DNA of 64,000 bases from Mobula birostris (lineage: Eukaryota). Positions 52,807 through 64,000 of the stretch are shown here, one piece after another; position 1 is the stretch's first letter, and each line of letters opens with the position of its first letter. The notes under the pieces are model-generated. The model ran no database searches. It saw nothing but the letters and a program-made list of their open reading frames with translations, and was not told the DNA's origin. The stretch is taken from assembly GCF_030028105.1 (NCBI RefSeq), contig NC_092390.1:20198427-20262426 (forward strand), in the 5' to 3' direction. The position numbers and the translations under genes are program-made.

Positions 52807-53164
52807 CTGAAATGAAAAAGAGCATACAAGTTATTTTTCACGGATCTAAGTACTTTCAAACTTCTTTTTCTACTAATGCCTGCATCTCCACACTGTTTCA
52901 CCAACAACAATCAGTAAGAGGCAAAGGTTCAAAACTTCATCCGGAGGGTGGTGCGTCTATGGAACAAGCTGTCAGGGAAGTGGTTGAGGCAGGTACTTCA
53001 ACAATATTTAAGACACTTGGACGGGTAGAACATGGAACATAGAACAGCACAGCACAGGAACAGGCCATTTGGCCTACAGTGTGGTGCTGAACCAGCTAAA
53101 AAGCAAATCAAATACACTCAAACACTAATCTCCCCTACCTACACAAAGTCCATAGGCTCAGGGA

Positions 53165-55013
53165 TTCTAGTTAGAGTTTGTTGTGTTTTTCTCAAGTGAC
53201 TTGATCTTTGTAATGTGGTCTCCTCGTGCCTTCTCCTTAAGTTTGTTAAGTTTATTTTGATAGGCTTGGATATTCTGTGTTACTTGTATTATTTAAGTGG
53301 ATGCCTGACTAACGGTAATTTCAGGGTCCCAGTTTTGAGAATTTTACTTCTCACGGTCTCACTTGGCCGACCTACCAATGTTCTTTTGGAATTATTATTA
53401 ATAAACTCACGTTGCCATCTCTACACCAGAGTCTGTCTTTCCTCTGCACTTGGGTTCTGATATTGCCAGCGTACATCCATGATGGAAAGACTCTGCCAAG
53501 TAACGGACCCAGCAGAGGTGGAACAGCAGCATTTTGGATATTGGTCGGCTGGAGGCAAGTGGGCCTTCTATTCTCAGTGCATGTCCCGAGTCTACATTCT
53601 AAGTGTCCTGAGTCTATGTTCCGAGTGTACATTTTGAGCTTCTCTAGTCTACTTTTTGAGTTTCTCCAGTATCTCTTCTGAGCTTTTCATGTTGCAAGTA
53701 CCCTGGTTTCCAGCCTCAGATTCCTACGACTTGGGTCTGCATAACAATGGAGCGCTTCAAGCAAGCTTATCAATAAAGTTCGTTTGATTCAACAAATCAA
53801 CATTCAAGTTCTCCAACAGCTGATCCCTGGCTGGAGTGTGCAAACACAAGTAAAGTAACCCTATTAAGTGTACACTATCTTACATTTGGCCCCTTGATGA
53901 AAATCATGCTACAGACTGTGAAAATTAATTTTCATATAACAAATTAAACAGATTTACACAGAGACAGCTTGCTCAGTGATAAGATAAGCCTGCCTATGCT
54001 GTCTCAACCTGTAAAATTGCATTCTAATTGCCTCTGGAAAATAGTGAAGAATGAAACACTGTGAGGAAGATCCTTCCAGGATCCCTCCCTAGGTTTCGAG
54101 TTTCATGTTTTCAAGGAACCAGGTTTCCAGGTCTCAAGGCTTTTTCCAAGTCCAAGTGTTCCTGTCTAAGTGTTCAAGATTCTCAAAGTTCTCAAGGTTG
54201 TCAAGGTTCTCCAGGTTTCCCAAGGACTTTTCTCAATGTTTCCAAGTTTTTTTTCCCAATATTCTCCCCATCTCAAGGACTCCCAAACCTCCCTCTTGGG
54301 GCCCTGCTCAAAGTTTCCTGGTCTCATAGTTTGCATAGTAGGGGAATTAAGGGTTATGGGGAAAAGGCAGGTAGGTGGAGATGAGTCCATGGCTAGATCA
54401 GCCATGATCTTATTGAATGGTGGAGCAGACTCGACAGGCCAGATGGCCGACTCCTGCTCCTATTTCTTATGTTTTTATGTCTCGCTCCAGGTTCCCCTTA
54501 AGGTTCCCTGGTCTCTCAGTCTCTCGGCGTTCCCCTGGTTCTCGAGATTTCAGGTCTCCCTGGGCCATCAGGTGCATCCATGGAGGGAAGGGGGGCCCTT
54601 GTAATGCGTTCTTCGGGCTGTGTGGAGCACTGGAAAGCCTTGTGCTCTGAGGTTTTTAGAGCACCTGAATTGGTTAGTTGTTGTTCAATGACAGTTGTTA
54701 AACAGTTAGAGTTTGTTGTGTTTTTCTCAAGTGACTTGATCTTTGTAATGTGGTCTCCTCGTGTCTTCTCTTTAAGTTTGTTAAGTTTATTTTGATAGGC
54801 TCGGGTATTCTGTGTTACTTGTATTATTTAAGTGGATGCCTGACTAACGGTAATTGCAGGGTCCCAGTTTTGAGAATTTTACTTCTCATGGTCTCACTTG
54901 GCCAACCTACCAATGTTCTTTCGGAATTATTATGAACTCACGTTGCCATCTCTACATCAGAGTCTGTCTTTCCTCTGCACTTGGGATCCGATATTGCCAG
55001 CCCACTCGTGACA
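53165..55013 (+). mobile_element. Internally deleted Gypsy element: partial 5' LTR (~53165-53480), gag-start remnant, 3' LTR (54060-55013) with nested CR1 tail (~54324-54480)
   Basis: ~300-bp direct repeat at 53170-53470 and 54705-55000; AATAAA in copy 1; TG...ctcgtgaCA ends; acggacccagcagaggtggaacag reads (M>T)DPAEVEQ. Confidence 0.65.
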
Positions 55014-55954
55014 ACTTCTAGTAACCACTCCCCTCTGTCCCTCCCATCAGCCCCAATACTCCCTTCTGTTTCCTCTGTCCTTGCCCCTTCATTCAGTGTG
55101 ACTCATATTCTCTTCTTCTGGTTAGTGTCTACCCACCTCTGCATCCTTAGTGCCTTAATCACCCTTCAGAAACAATGGTGTCATTTTTTATATCCATTTC
55201 TTTCCTCTGGGAGGCTCTGTGGTAGTCCCTTGTTCTCATTTCAAACATTTACACACAAAGCTACGCTTCTATCTTCATCACCCCTGGATAAAGACATTAC
55301 AAAAATCTCCAGCAGAGTCTCAAAAACCCCTTTTGCTTTCCATAACACCCTGGAGCTTTATCTACCTTAATGTGCATCGGTTTCTTTAATACTTCCTTTT
55401 CCCTGATAACACAAGTTTCAAACTATCAGTAGACTCCTCACCTACATTCCATTCTCCCCATTCTTCTCACTGCTTAATAATGATGTAAAGTATTCATTGA
55501 GGACTCCGTACATATCTGCCTGGCTCCCCATAACGGCTTCCCTTTTCATCCTGGGGGTGGCCACTCTTTCCCTAGGGACCCTCTTGCTTCCAATTTATTT
55601 ATAAAAGCTTTGGAATTCTTTTTAGTTCTGTTGTTCAGTACTATTTCATTGTTCTTTTTGTCTTCCTAACTATATCCTTAAGATTACCCCTATATTTTCT
55701 ATAAACCTCTGAAGTAGCACTTGATAACAATTTCCTATACTTGACATATTTTACTTTTTTAAACCAATAAAACTTCCAATTTTTTTAAACCAATGTTTCC
55801 TAATCTTATCATTTTTGCCTCTTCCCATTATGGAGACACGTTGACTCTGATCTTATAACATTTTGCTTTTATACACTTTCCATTTAGTGGATGTTGTCTT
55901 CCATTCTACTTGCCCCAGGTTTTCACTTCAACTCCTGGAGTTAACCCTTCCCCA

Positions 55955-56680
55955 ATGAAAGAAGAATACAGGGTTAATACCAGGATCCTTAGCAGTGTGG
56001 AGGAACAGAGAGATCTTAGTGTCCATGCCTATAGATCCCTCAAACTTGCCACACGTGTTGATAGGGTTGTTAAGAAGCTGTATGTTGTGCTGGCCTTCAT
56101 TAGTCGGGGCACTGAGTTCAAGAGTCACCAGATAATGTTGCAGTTCTATAAAACCCTGGTTAGACCACACTTTAGAGTATTGTGTTCAGTTCTGGTTGCC
56201 TCATTATAGGAAGGATGTGGAAGCCTTAGAGAGGGTGCAGAGGAGATTTACCAGGATGCTGTCTGGATTAGAGGGTGTGTCTTATGAGGATAGGTTGAGT
56301 GAGCTAGGGCTTTTCTCTTTGGAGTGAAGGAGGATGAGAGGTGACTTGATAGAATTGCACAAGATGGTAAAGGCATAGATCGAGTAGGTAGCCAGAGACT
56401 TTTTCCAAGGACAGAAATAACAAATACAAGGGAGCATAATTTTAAGGTTATTGGAAGAAAGTATAGGGGAAATGTCAGAGATAAGTTCTTTACTCAGAAA
56501 GTGGTAGGTACCAGGGGTGGTGGTAGAGGCAGACACATTAGGGATATTTAAGAAACCCTTAGGTAGGCACATGGATGATAGAAAAATAGAGGGCAGTGTA
56601 GGAGGGGAAGGTTAAATTGATTTTAGAATAGGTTAAAAGGTTGGCATAACATTGTGGGCTGAAGGGCTTGTAGTATACTG
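55955..56680 (+). mobile_element. CR1 ORF2 3' end and tail
   Basis: SVEEQRDL...LAFISRG.EFKS...YKTLVRPH; [12 protein letters not shown]. Confidence 0.88.
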
Positions 56681-56740
56681 AAATGTTTTATGCTCTATGA
56701 ATACTGATGTACTGCTCTCCCGGTCAGCAGTGCAAAACCA

Positions 56741-56797
56741 CCTCCCCTTTTGAGCATCATAAGCCCCTCCCCTTTTGAGCATCATAAGCCCCTCCCC
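56741..56797. repeat. 25-bp tandem duplication in an antisense CR1 fragment
   Basis: cctccccttttgagcatcataagcc repeated about 2.3 times. Confidence 0.9.
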
Positions 56798-56899
56798 ATC
56801 ATGCCTGAAAATACTATAGCTAGGAATATCGAGCTGCCATTCCCCTATCACATTTCTGTGATTTCTGAAATATAATAACCCCATATCAGTGCCCTTCTG

Positions 56900-57630
56900 A
56901 GTTCTGAGGGACAGGATCTACCAGCATTTGGATAGAGAGGGTCCGATTGCAAGAAGTAATGCGTGGAAAGTCATGTTTGATGAATCTTTTAGATTGAAGT
57001 GGTAAATAAAAAGGTAGATATAAAGGTGGGGCAGTGGATGTTGTCTGTTTGGACTCCACCAAGGCCTTCAACAAGAGTTCACATGACAGGCTAGTCTGGA
57101 AGGTTCGGTCCCATGGGATACAGGGACAGCAAGTTAGGTGGATTCAAAATTAGCTGGGAGGTAGGAAGCAAAGGATGGTAGTTGAAGGTTGTTTCTTGAA
57201 ATGGAGACTGGAAACTAGTGGTGTATTAACTACAGGGGCTGGTATTTGGACACTTGTTGTTTAGTCTTTATAGAAATGATTTGGATGCAAATACACAAAG
57301 CCTGATCAGTAATGATACAAAATTGTTGATAGTGAAGAGCTTTATTGCAGATTATAGAGGGATCTTGATCAGTTTGAGAAGCGGGCAGATGGTTTTCAAT
57401 GCAGGTAAGTGTGAAGTAATGCATTTTGGAAAGTCAAAGCAGCATAAGATTTATACAATGAATGGTCAGGCACTAGGGAGTGTAACAGAAAAGAGGGACC
57501 TCAGAGTACGAGAACGTAGTTTGTTGAAAGCGGCATCACATGTAGACAAGTTGGTGAAAAAGGCGATTAGTCAGGGTACTGAGCATAGGAGCTGGGACAT
57601 TATGTTGCAGTTGTGTAAGTCATCAGGGCA
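56900..57630 (+). mobile_element. CR1 RT fragment
   Basis: GKSCLMNL, AVDVVCLD..KAF, WIQN, FNAGKCEVMHFGK. Confidence 0.8.
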
Positions 57631-57710
57631 TACATGTGCCACCAAAGGATGCTCATCTTACCTAATGGATCCAGAGTGTCCGTGAAGGTACTCAGTCATC
57701 CAGGTCATTG

Positions 57711-57926
57711 TATATCAAGCAGTAGTAAATCAAGGCAACTGGACTCGCTGTGTTGTCTAGAAGACGTTTTGCCATTCACCTGAGAGGCTTCTTCAGTTCT
57801 GATCCACCATGGTGGGAAAACTACCTACCATGGATCAGAGTTGAAGAAGCTTCTCAGATGAATGATGAAATGTCTTCTAGCCAACACAGCAAGTCCAGGT
57901 GTCTTGATTTACTACTGCTTGTTATA
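57711..57926. repeat. ~100-bp-arm inverted repeat derived from a Penelope pLTR, with degenerate hammerheads
   Basis: Left arm caagcagtagtaaatcaaggcaactggact...ttcttcagttctgatcca is the reverse complement of right arm tggatcagagttgaagaa...agtccaggtgtcttgatttactactgcttg. Confidence 0.9.
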
Positions 57927-57994
57927 ACATATCCAGAGTTATGATGCTAAACTTTTCCAACAAGTTGGAAATAACATAACAGAATGAGTCTTAC

Positions 57995-58111
57995 CTTATT
58001 ATGAACACAACATGAATACGGTACACCACAAGCCAATGGTCCAGTTCCTTCACAATTATGGTACATATTTGCTGACCAATCTGTGAAATCTTGTCCACCA
58101 CAGCATTTAAA
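57995..58111 (-). CDS. TSPAN15: TSPAN15 coding exon (human exon 5 equivalent), large extracellular loop with CCG motif
   Basis: 117 nt, phase 0, ttgttgcag|TTT...AAG|gtaaga. Translates [39 protein letters not shown], matching recalled human TSPAN15 [35 protein letters not shown]. Confidence 0.95.
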
Positions 58112-58984
58112 CTGCAACAAAACCAACATAACCAATATTTCAGTTTATTTCTAAAGAAAGCAGTGTGGTAAGGGGAAAGAAAACAGTGCCAATAGTCTAG
58201 CTCAACACAGTAACTTCAAGTACTCTGAAATACTGTTTAGAGTTCCAGCATTGGTTATGAATTTTACAAATTAATTTCCACATTGGATATAAATGCCTAG
58301 AAATTATATAACCCATCTCGTAGGTTTTGTGTGCTACATTCATTTTCAGTTAAATACAAGACACAGTAAATACACTGAAGTAAGTTGAACAGAATTTTCA
58401 TTCTTCTGGGGCCCACTCTCTGACACATTAAGAAATAGAGGAGCCCAGACAACTTAAGTCAAGCCTGGGAATGCTGCTGAAGTTGGTGTATCTAGTTAGC
58501 CAGCTCTTTTTCAGGCTCCCCATCCCTATGCAATGATGATACCAGCACCAACACCCAGAAACCACAGCCATCCCACAAAAGCTCACCATCCTTGTTTGAC
58601 ACAGCCCACCCACTTAGCCTGCAATCTGCTGTGCTAACACTATATCCCCCACCGTTCCCACCCAATGCAACAATCTGCCAATCATCACCCTCTTGCCAGC
58701 ACAAAATTACCCTGATAAACCACCTCAATGATAGGATAATGATCTTTTCCTATGCAGATTAATGAACCCTAGAAACTGACACACCTTAGCACACCTAACA
58801 AGCCCTAGTACCCACCACTTGGCCTGACATATTGATCGATCCCCAAATCTCCTAATCACACTCAATCAGCTTTCACCCATGACAACCCATAAATGCCAGA
58901 GCAGGTGAAGACATTTTGTCACACACAACCAGAAGTATTATCAATTTTTGCATCATCAATTGGCTGCTTAAACTACCCAATCAT

Positions 58985-59410
58985 ATACCTTTCTATTTTC
59001 AGGCAAAAGCTGGGACATCTTCCATAAATATCAGAAATACTGAGTCTGCATTTCCTGCCTCATCACCTTCTAATTCCAGTTCTTACTTAGAGCAAGACCT
59101 TTGTCTTTGTTAAAGCTCTTTTCCTTTAGTTTTATTTCAATGGCTTTCTCCACCAGGTGGTCCCAAAAACCAGTGGTGTGGTGCAGTAGTTCAGTGTTGT
59201 TGAAGTCAGTCCTCAAGCCATTGTGAATGCAGTGTTCTGCTACCGTCAATTTCTCCGGGTAACCCAAACACCTCCTGTGTTCCTTTATACGGGTTTCCAC
59301 TGTGTGTCCCGTCTGGCCAATATACACTATTCCACAGTCACAGGAAATCCTGTAGGCATCAGCCGACCTGAGTCCCAGGTCATCTTTGACCCGTATAAGT
59401 TGCAATTTGA
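58985..59410 (-). mobile_element. Penelope-like element (Poseidon type), GIY-YIG fragment
   Basis: LGLRSADAYRISCDCGIVYIGQTGHTVETRIKEH...VAEH...KAIEI...FNKDKG.ALSKNW. Confidence 0.88.
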
Positions 59411-59599
59411 TGCAAATGAATGATTGGCCACAGTGATGGATCAGACTGAAGGGAGGAGGGGGAGAGGAGTGAACACCTGCACCAACACAATCCAGATAAA
59501 TGACATCTCACGCAAACTTGAAGAGGGAGGAAAGTGGAAAAGTGAAATTGAGGGGTGGGGGAAATGACCATTTTGGTTCTATGAAAAACAATGATTTGT

Positions 59600-62500
59600 T
59601 CGAAGGATCATTGTTTTAAACGTGACAGAGCAGGAGGGATTAAAGGAGGAGGAGTGGTGTTACTAGTCAAGGAAAATGTCACGGCAGTGCTCCGTCAGGA
59701 GACTAGTGAGGTGTAACGGGTGGAACTGAGAAATAAAAAGGTATGACTACGTTGAAGGGGCTATATTACAAACCACCCAGCAGTCTGAGGAACACATTTA
59801 GATTAGATCAGATTATGAGGACACACAGTCCTTTTTTATTGTCATTTAGTAATGCATGCACTAAGAAATGATACAATGTTCCTCCAGAATGATATCACAG
59901 AAACACAAGACAAACCAAGACTGAAAAAGTGATAAAAACCACATAATTATAACATATAGTTACAACAGTGCAAAGCAATACTGTAATTTGATAAAGAACA
60001 GACCATGGGCACGGTAAAAAAAAAGTCTCAAAGTCTCTCGAAAGTCCCATCATCACGCAGATGGCAGAAGGAAGAAAAACTCTCCCTGCCATGAGCTTCC
60101 AGCGCCGCAAACTTGCCGATGCAGCACCCTGGAAGCACCCGACCACAGCCGACTCTTGAGTCCGTCCGAAAACTTCGAACCTCCGACCAGCCCTCTGACA
60201 CTGAGCACTATCTCTGCCAAGCGCTTCGACCCCGGCCCCGGCAACAGGCAATAGGCAAAGCTGAGGATCTGGGGCCTTCCCCTCCGGAGATTCTCAATCG
60301 CATAGTAGCAGCAGCAGCGGGCATTTCAGAAGTTTCTCCAGATGTTCCTCTGTGCTCCTCACAGCTGTCTCCATCAAATCAGGATTGTGCACGGTACCTA
60401 CTTACAAATATGATATCATTTCGGAGCGGTCACGCGCGCTACGTTGCGCCGCCATCTTCTCCTCCCCTTTGTAGAGAGATTGCAGACTGTTGCAAGAAAC
60501 ATAATGCTGTAATAGTAGGTAGTTTAACTTTGCACATGTTAACTGGGACTCCCATACTGTAATGGGACTAGATGGGATAGAAGTTGTCAAATTCATTCTT
60601 AATCAGTACAGAGAAGTCCCAATGAGAGAGTACGCGATACTTTATCTGCTATTGGAGAATGAGACAGGGCAGGTAACAGAAGGTTGTGTAGGTGAACACC
60701 TTGCATCTAGTAACCACAATGCCATTAGTTTTAAAGTAAATATGCAAAAAGATAGGACTGGTCCATGGGTTGAGATTCACGTTGAATGATCTGGTAAGCG
60801 TGCTTTGGGACAGACTGTTTTCTAGCAAAGGTGTACTTGGTAAGAGGGAGGCCTTCAAAAAGTGAAATTTTCAGAGTACTAAGCTTGTATGTGCCAGTCA
60901 AAACAAAAGGTAACGATAACAGATATAGGGAACCTTGGTTAAGAAAAAAAAGGAGGTGCATAGCAAGTAGGAGCAAATGAGGTGTTTGTGGAGTATAAGT
61001 ACTGCAAGAGAAAGAAGTCAGGAGAGTTAAAAGAAGGCATCAGGTAGCCTTAGCAGACAAGGCGAAGGAGAATCTTAAAGGATTCTACAGATATGTTAAG
61101 AACAAAATGATTCCAAGGGAGAAAATTGGGGCAAATTAGGGTGAATAAATCCCCTGGGCCTGACACGGTGTTTCCCCTGGACCCTGTGGGAGGACAGTGC
61201 AGAAACTGCCGGGGCTCTAGCAGAGATATTTAAATCATCCTTTGAGATGCCGGAGGACTGGAGGATAGCCAATGTTGTTCCGCTGTTTATGAGAGGCTTT
61301 AAAAATAAACCAGGAAATTATAGGCCGGTGAACCTGAAATCAGTAGTGGGAAAGTTACTGGATATATGAATATTTGGATAGACGTGGACTGATCCAGGAT
61401 ACTCAGCATGACTTCATGCGTGGTAGGTTGTCTCTAACTAATCTTATAGAGTTTTTCGAGGAAGTTACCAGGAAAGGTAATGAAGGCAAGGCAGTGGATG
61501 TGTTCTACGTGGATTTTAGCAAGGGATCTGACAAGGTTCCGCATGGGAGGTTGGTCGAGAAGGTTCAGTCGCTCGGCTTTCAAGATGAGGAAGTAATTTG
61601 GATTTGACATTGGCTTTGTGGGAGAAGCCATCGAGTGGCAGTAAAAGGTTGCCTCTCTGACTGGAGGCCTGTGACTAGTGGAGTGCTGCAGGGATCGGTG
61701 TTGTTTATCAACTATATCAATGACCTGGAGATAACGTGATCAACTGGATTAACAAATTTGTGGATGAAGCAAGATTGGGGGTGTAGTGGACAGCCAGGAA
61801 GACTATTATGACTTACAGTGGGATTTGGACCAGCTGTAAAAATGGGCTGAAAAATGGCAGATGCAATTTAATGCAGACGAGCCTGAGGTGTTGCACTTCA
61901 GTAAGACCAACCAGGGTAGGTTTTACACAGTAAACGGCAGGGCACTGAGGAGTGTTGTAGAACAAAGGGATCTGGGAATACAGGTCCATAATTCATTGAA
62001 AGTGGTGTCACAGGTTGATAGGGTCATAAAGAAAGCTTTTGGCATATTGGCCTTCACAAATCAAAGTATTGAGTACAGGAGATATGATGTAAAGTTGAAG
62101 TTGTACAAGATATTGGCGAGGCCTAATTTGGAGTATTGTGTGCAGTTTTGGTCACCTACCTACAGGAAAGATAAAATAAAGTTGAAAGCGTACAGAAAAA
62201 TTTTACAAGGATTTTGCTGGGACTGGACGACCTGAGCTATAAGAAAAAATTGAATAGATTAGGACTTTAGTCCTTGGAACATAGAAGATTAAGAGATTTG
62301 TAAGAAGTATACAAAATTATGAGGGGTATAGATAGGATAAATGCAAGTATGCTTCTCCACTGAGGTTGGGTGGGGCTACAACTAAAGGTCATGGGTTAAG
62401 GTGAAAGGTGAAAGGTTTAAGGGGAATATGAGGGTAAACCTTTTCACTCAGAGGGTCATGAGAGTGTTGAATGAGCTGCCAGTGCAAGTGGTGCATGCCG

Positions 62501-62672
62501 GCTTGGGTTTAGCATTTAAGAAAAGTTTGGCTAGGCACATGGATGGTAGAGGTATGGAGGCTGCGGTCCTGGTGCATTTCAATGGGAGTAGGCAGTTTAA
62601 ACGGGTCGGCATGGACTGGATGGGCCGAGGGGGCTGTTTCTGTGCTGTACTTTTCTACGACACCATGACTCA
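59600..62672 (+). mobile_element. CR1 ORF2 (APE, RT, 3' end), interrupted by the 59797-60467 element
   Basis: NYRPV.L.SVVGK; LTNLIEFFEEV; VDFSK..DKVPH; [15 protein letters not shown]; CR1 tail. Confidence 0.9.
59797..60467 (-). mobile_element. CpG-rich non-autonomous retroelement inserted into a CR1
   Basis: Head aagatggcggcgcaacgtagcgcg; AATAAA and (aatct)n tail; CR1 APE sequence is collinear on both sides. Confidence 0.7.
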
Positions 62673-63099
62673 TAGAATGATGATGCAAGTTAAACTCAAG
62701 AATAAAAAAGGGCAATTACATTATTGGAACTGTACCTTAGACTTCAAAGTAGTCCAAAGAGTAAATTTGTAAGCAAATTTCTAACATGTAAAATTCGTGG
62801 TAATGTGAGATTTCAATCACCCCAGTACCAATTGGGATATGGTCAATGTAAAAGTCCTGAAAGGTATAGATGGCACAGGAGAGGTGCTTTAGCTGGATCT
62901 AGTAGTAGCCACTTCTGATGAAGTTTATCCATCTCTGTACAATTATCTTCCTCTCTTAGAGATGCAGTGATCTGTTGGACATTTTCAATTTCTCTTTCGT
63001 CTAAGATTCCCAGCAATTGCTTTGTTCTTCCTCACACTGTCCAGCATGTTCATTCATTTTCTCTAACTGTTCTCAGTCATTGCGTCATCTGAACAACCC

Positions 63100-63645
63100 A
63101 GGGCCAAAGATATGAGATCTAGAGATACAGATTCATAGCCTTTTGGAAGTGGAGACACGGATATGCATTAATGAAGGAGCCTGTCTAGTTTGCCTTCATT
63201 GGTTAGGATATTGAGTACAGGAGTTGGGATGTTATGTTACAGCTGTACACATTGTTGGTGAGACCATTCTTGTTTGAAAGAGTGCAGATAAGATTCACAA
63301 GGATGTTAACAGGACAGGAGGCTTGAGGAGTGGTCCCAGTTTTTCCCAGAGTAGGGGAGTCCAAAACAAGAGGCCATAGCTTTAAGATGACAGGAGTCAG
63401 AGTTATAAATAACCTCATGAGCAAACCTTTCATCTAGAGGATGGTGTGTAAATGGAATGAGCTGCCAGAAGAAGCTGTGCAGGTGGGTACAACGATGTTT
63501 AAAAGACATTTAGATTGGTACATGGCTGCGAAAGGATTGGAGCAATGTGAGTCAAACGCAGGTACTAGCACAGGTAGACTTTAGTCAGTGTGGGCGAGTT
63601 GGGCCAAAGTCCTGGTTCCTTGCTGTGTAACTTTGATTCCATGGT
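63100..63645 (+). mobile_element. Decayed CR1 3' end
   Basis: IEYRSWDVMLQLYTLLVRP; WNELPE; tail gctgtgtaactttgattccatg. Confidence 0.75.
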
Positions 63646-64000
63646 TTCCGTCCCATCATGGATATTACTGTGAGTATCTGTCCCCTTCTCTCTAACTCTC
63701 TGTTTCCTCATTTATCAGCTATGAGGAAGGGTAGCCCACATGAAACATTTTTGCCTGACCAGCCGAGTATCGCTTTTCACTTTGCTTAGATTTCATTTGA
63801 GTCTGGGAGCATACATATTTGCTAAGTTTCTAAAAAATTCATCATCTACAACAGGGTTATTTTATTTAATTGAGTCCTGGCCTCCCTTCTACTCAAAATT
63901 TGCTACAAAACCACATTATCAGACAGTGGAGTTAGCAATGCCTGTAAACCTTTTCACATACTGTACGTGGAGACACCAATATTTTAAAATCCGACCCACC

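Noticed and set aside
54061-54604. Low-complexity ORFs (SQSSQGCQG; KVLKVVKV)
   Set aside because: Derived from short internal repeats (tcaaggtt/ccaggttt) of the LTR plus a CR1 tail.
58112-64000. Upstream TSPAN15 exon (expected YYDDLDFKNIMDFVQ-like peptide)
   Set aside because: Not found by eye; the region is TE-derived, so the exon is probably beyond the window.

Overview
Vertebrate genomic DNA, most likely a cartilaginous fish (ray or shark; inferred from the repeat families). It is not prokaryotic. The only host gene I can support is the 3' half of a TspanC8 tetraspanin, TSPAN15, on the minus strand. Four phase-0 coding exons with canonical GT-AG boundaries lie at 57995-58111, 52759-52806, 44061-44177 and 9932-10111; the upstream exons were not found and probably lie beyond position 64000. 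Most of the remaining sequence is decayed, often nested transposons: many CR1 LINEs (some retaining the SGNH-esterase ORF1), Penelope-like elements (Neptune- and Poseidon-type) with minimal hammerhead ribozyme motifs, L1, Rex1/Babar, RTE and Nimb fragments, tRNA-, V- and Deu-SINEs, Gypsy LTR remnants, Tc1 and hAT/Charlie elements, an Academ-like transposase fragment and a 39-bp minisatellite. Most ORFs in the supplied track are TE fragments or their antisense shadows. I found no evidence of a wholly new biological system. The best leads are an apparently intact hammerhead on the pre-mRNA strand, Penelope fold-back hairpins near splice sites, the Academ-like fragment, and a minisatellite carrying repeated MRE/E-box-like motifs. 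TE boundaries were read by eye and are approximate unless a TIR or TSD is quoted. Family assignments come from motif recognition, not database searches.
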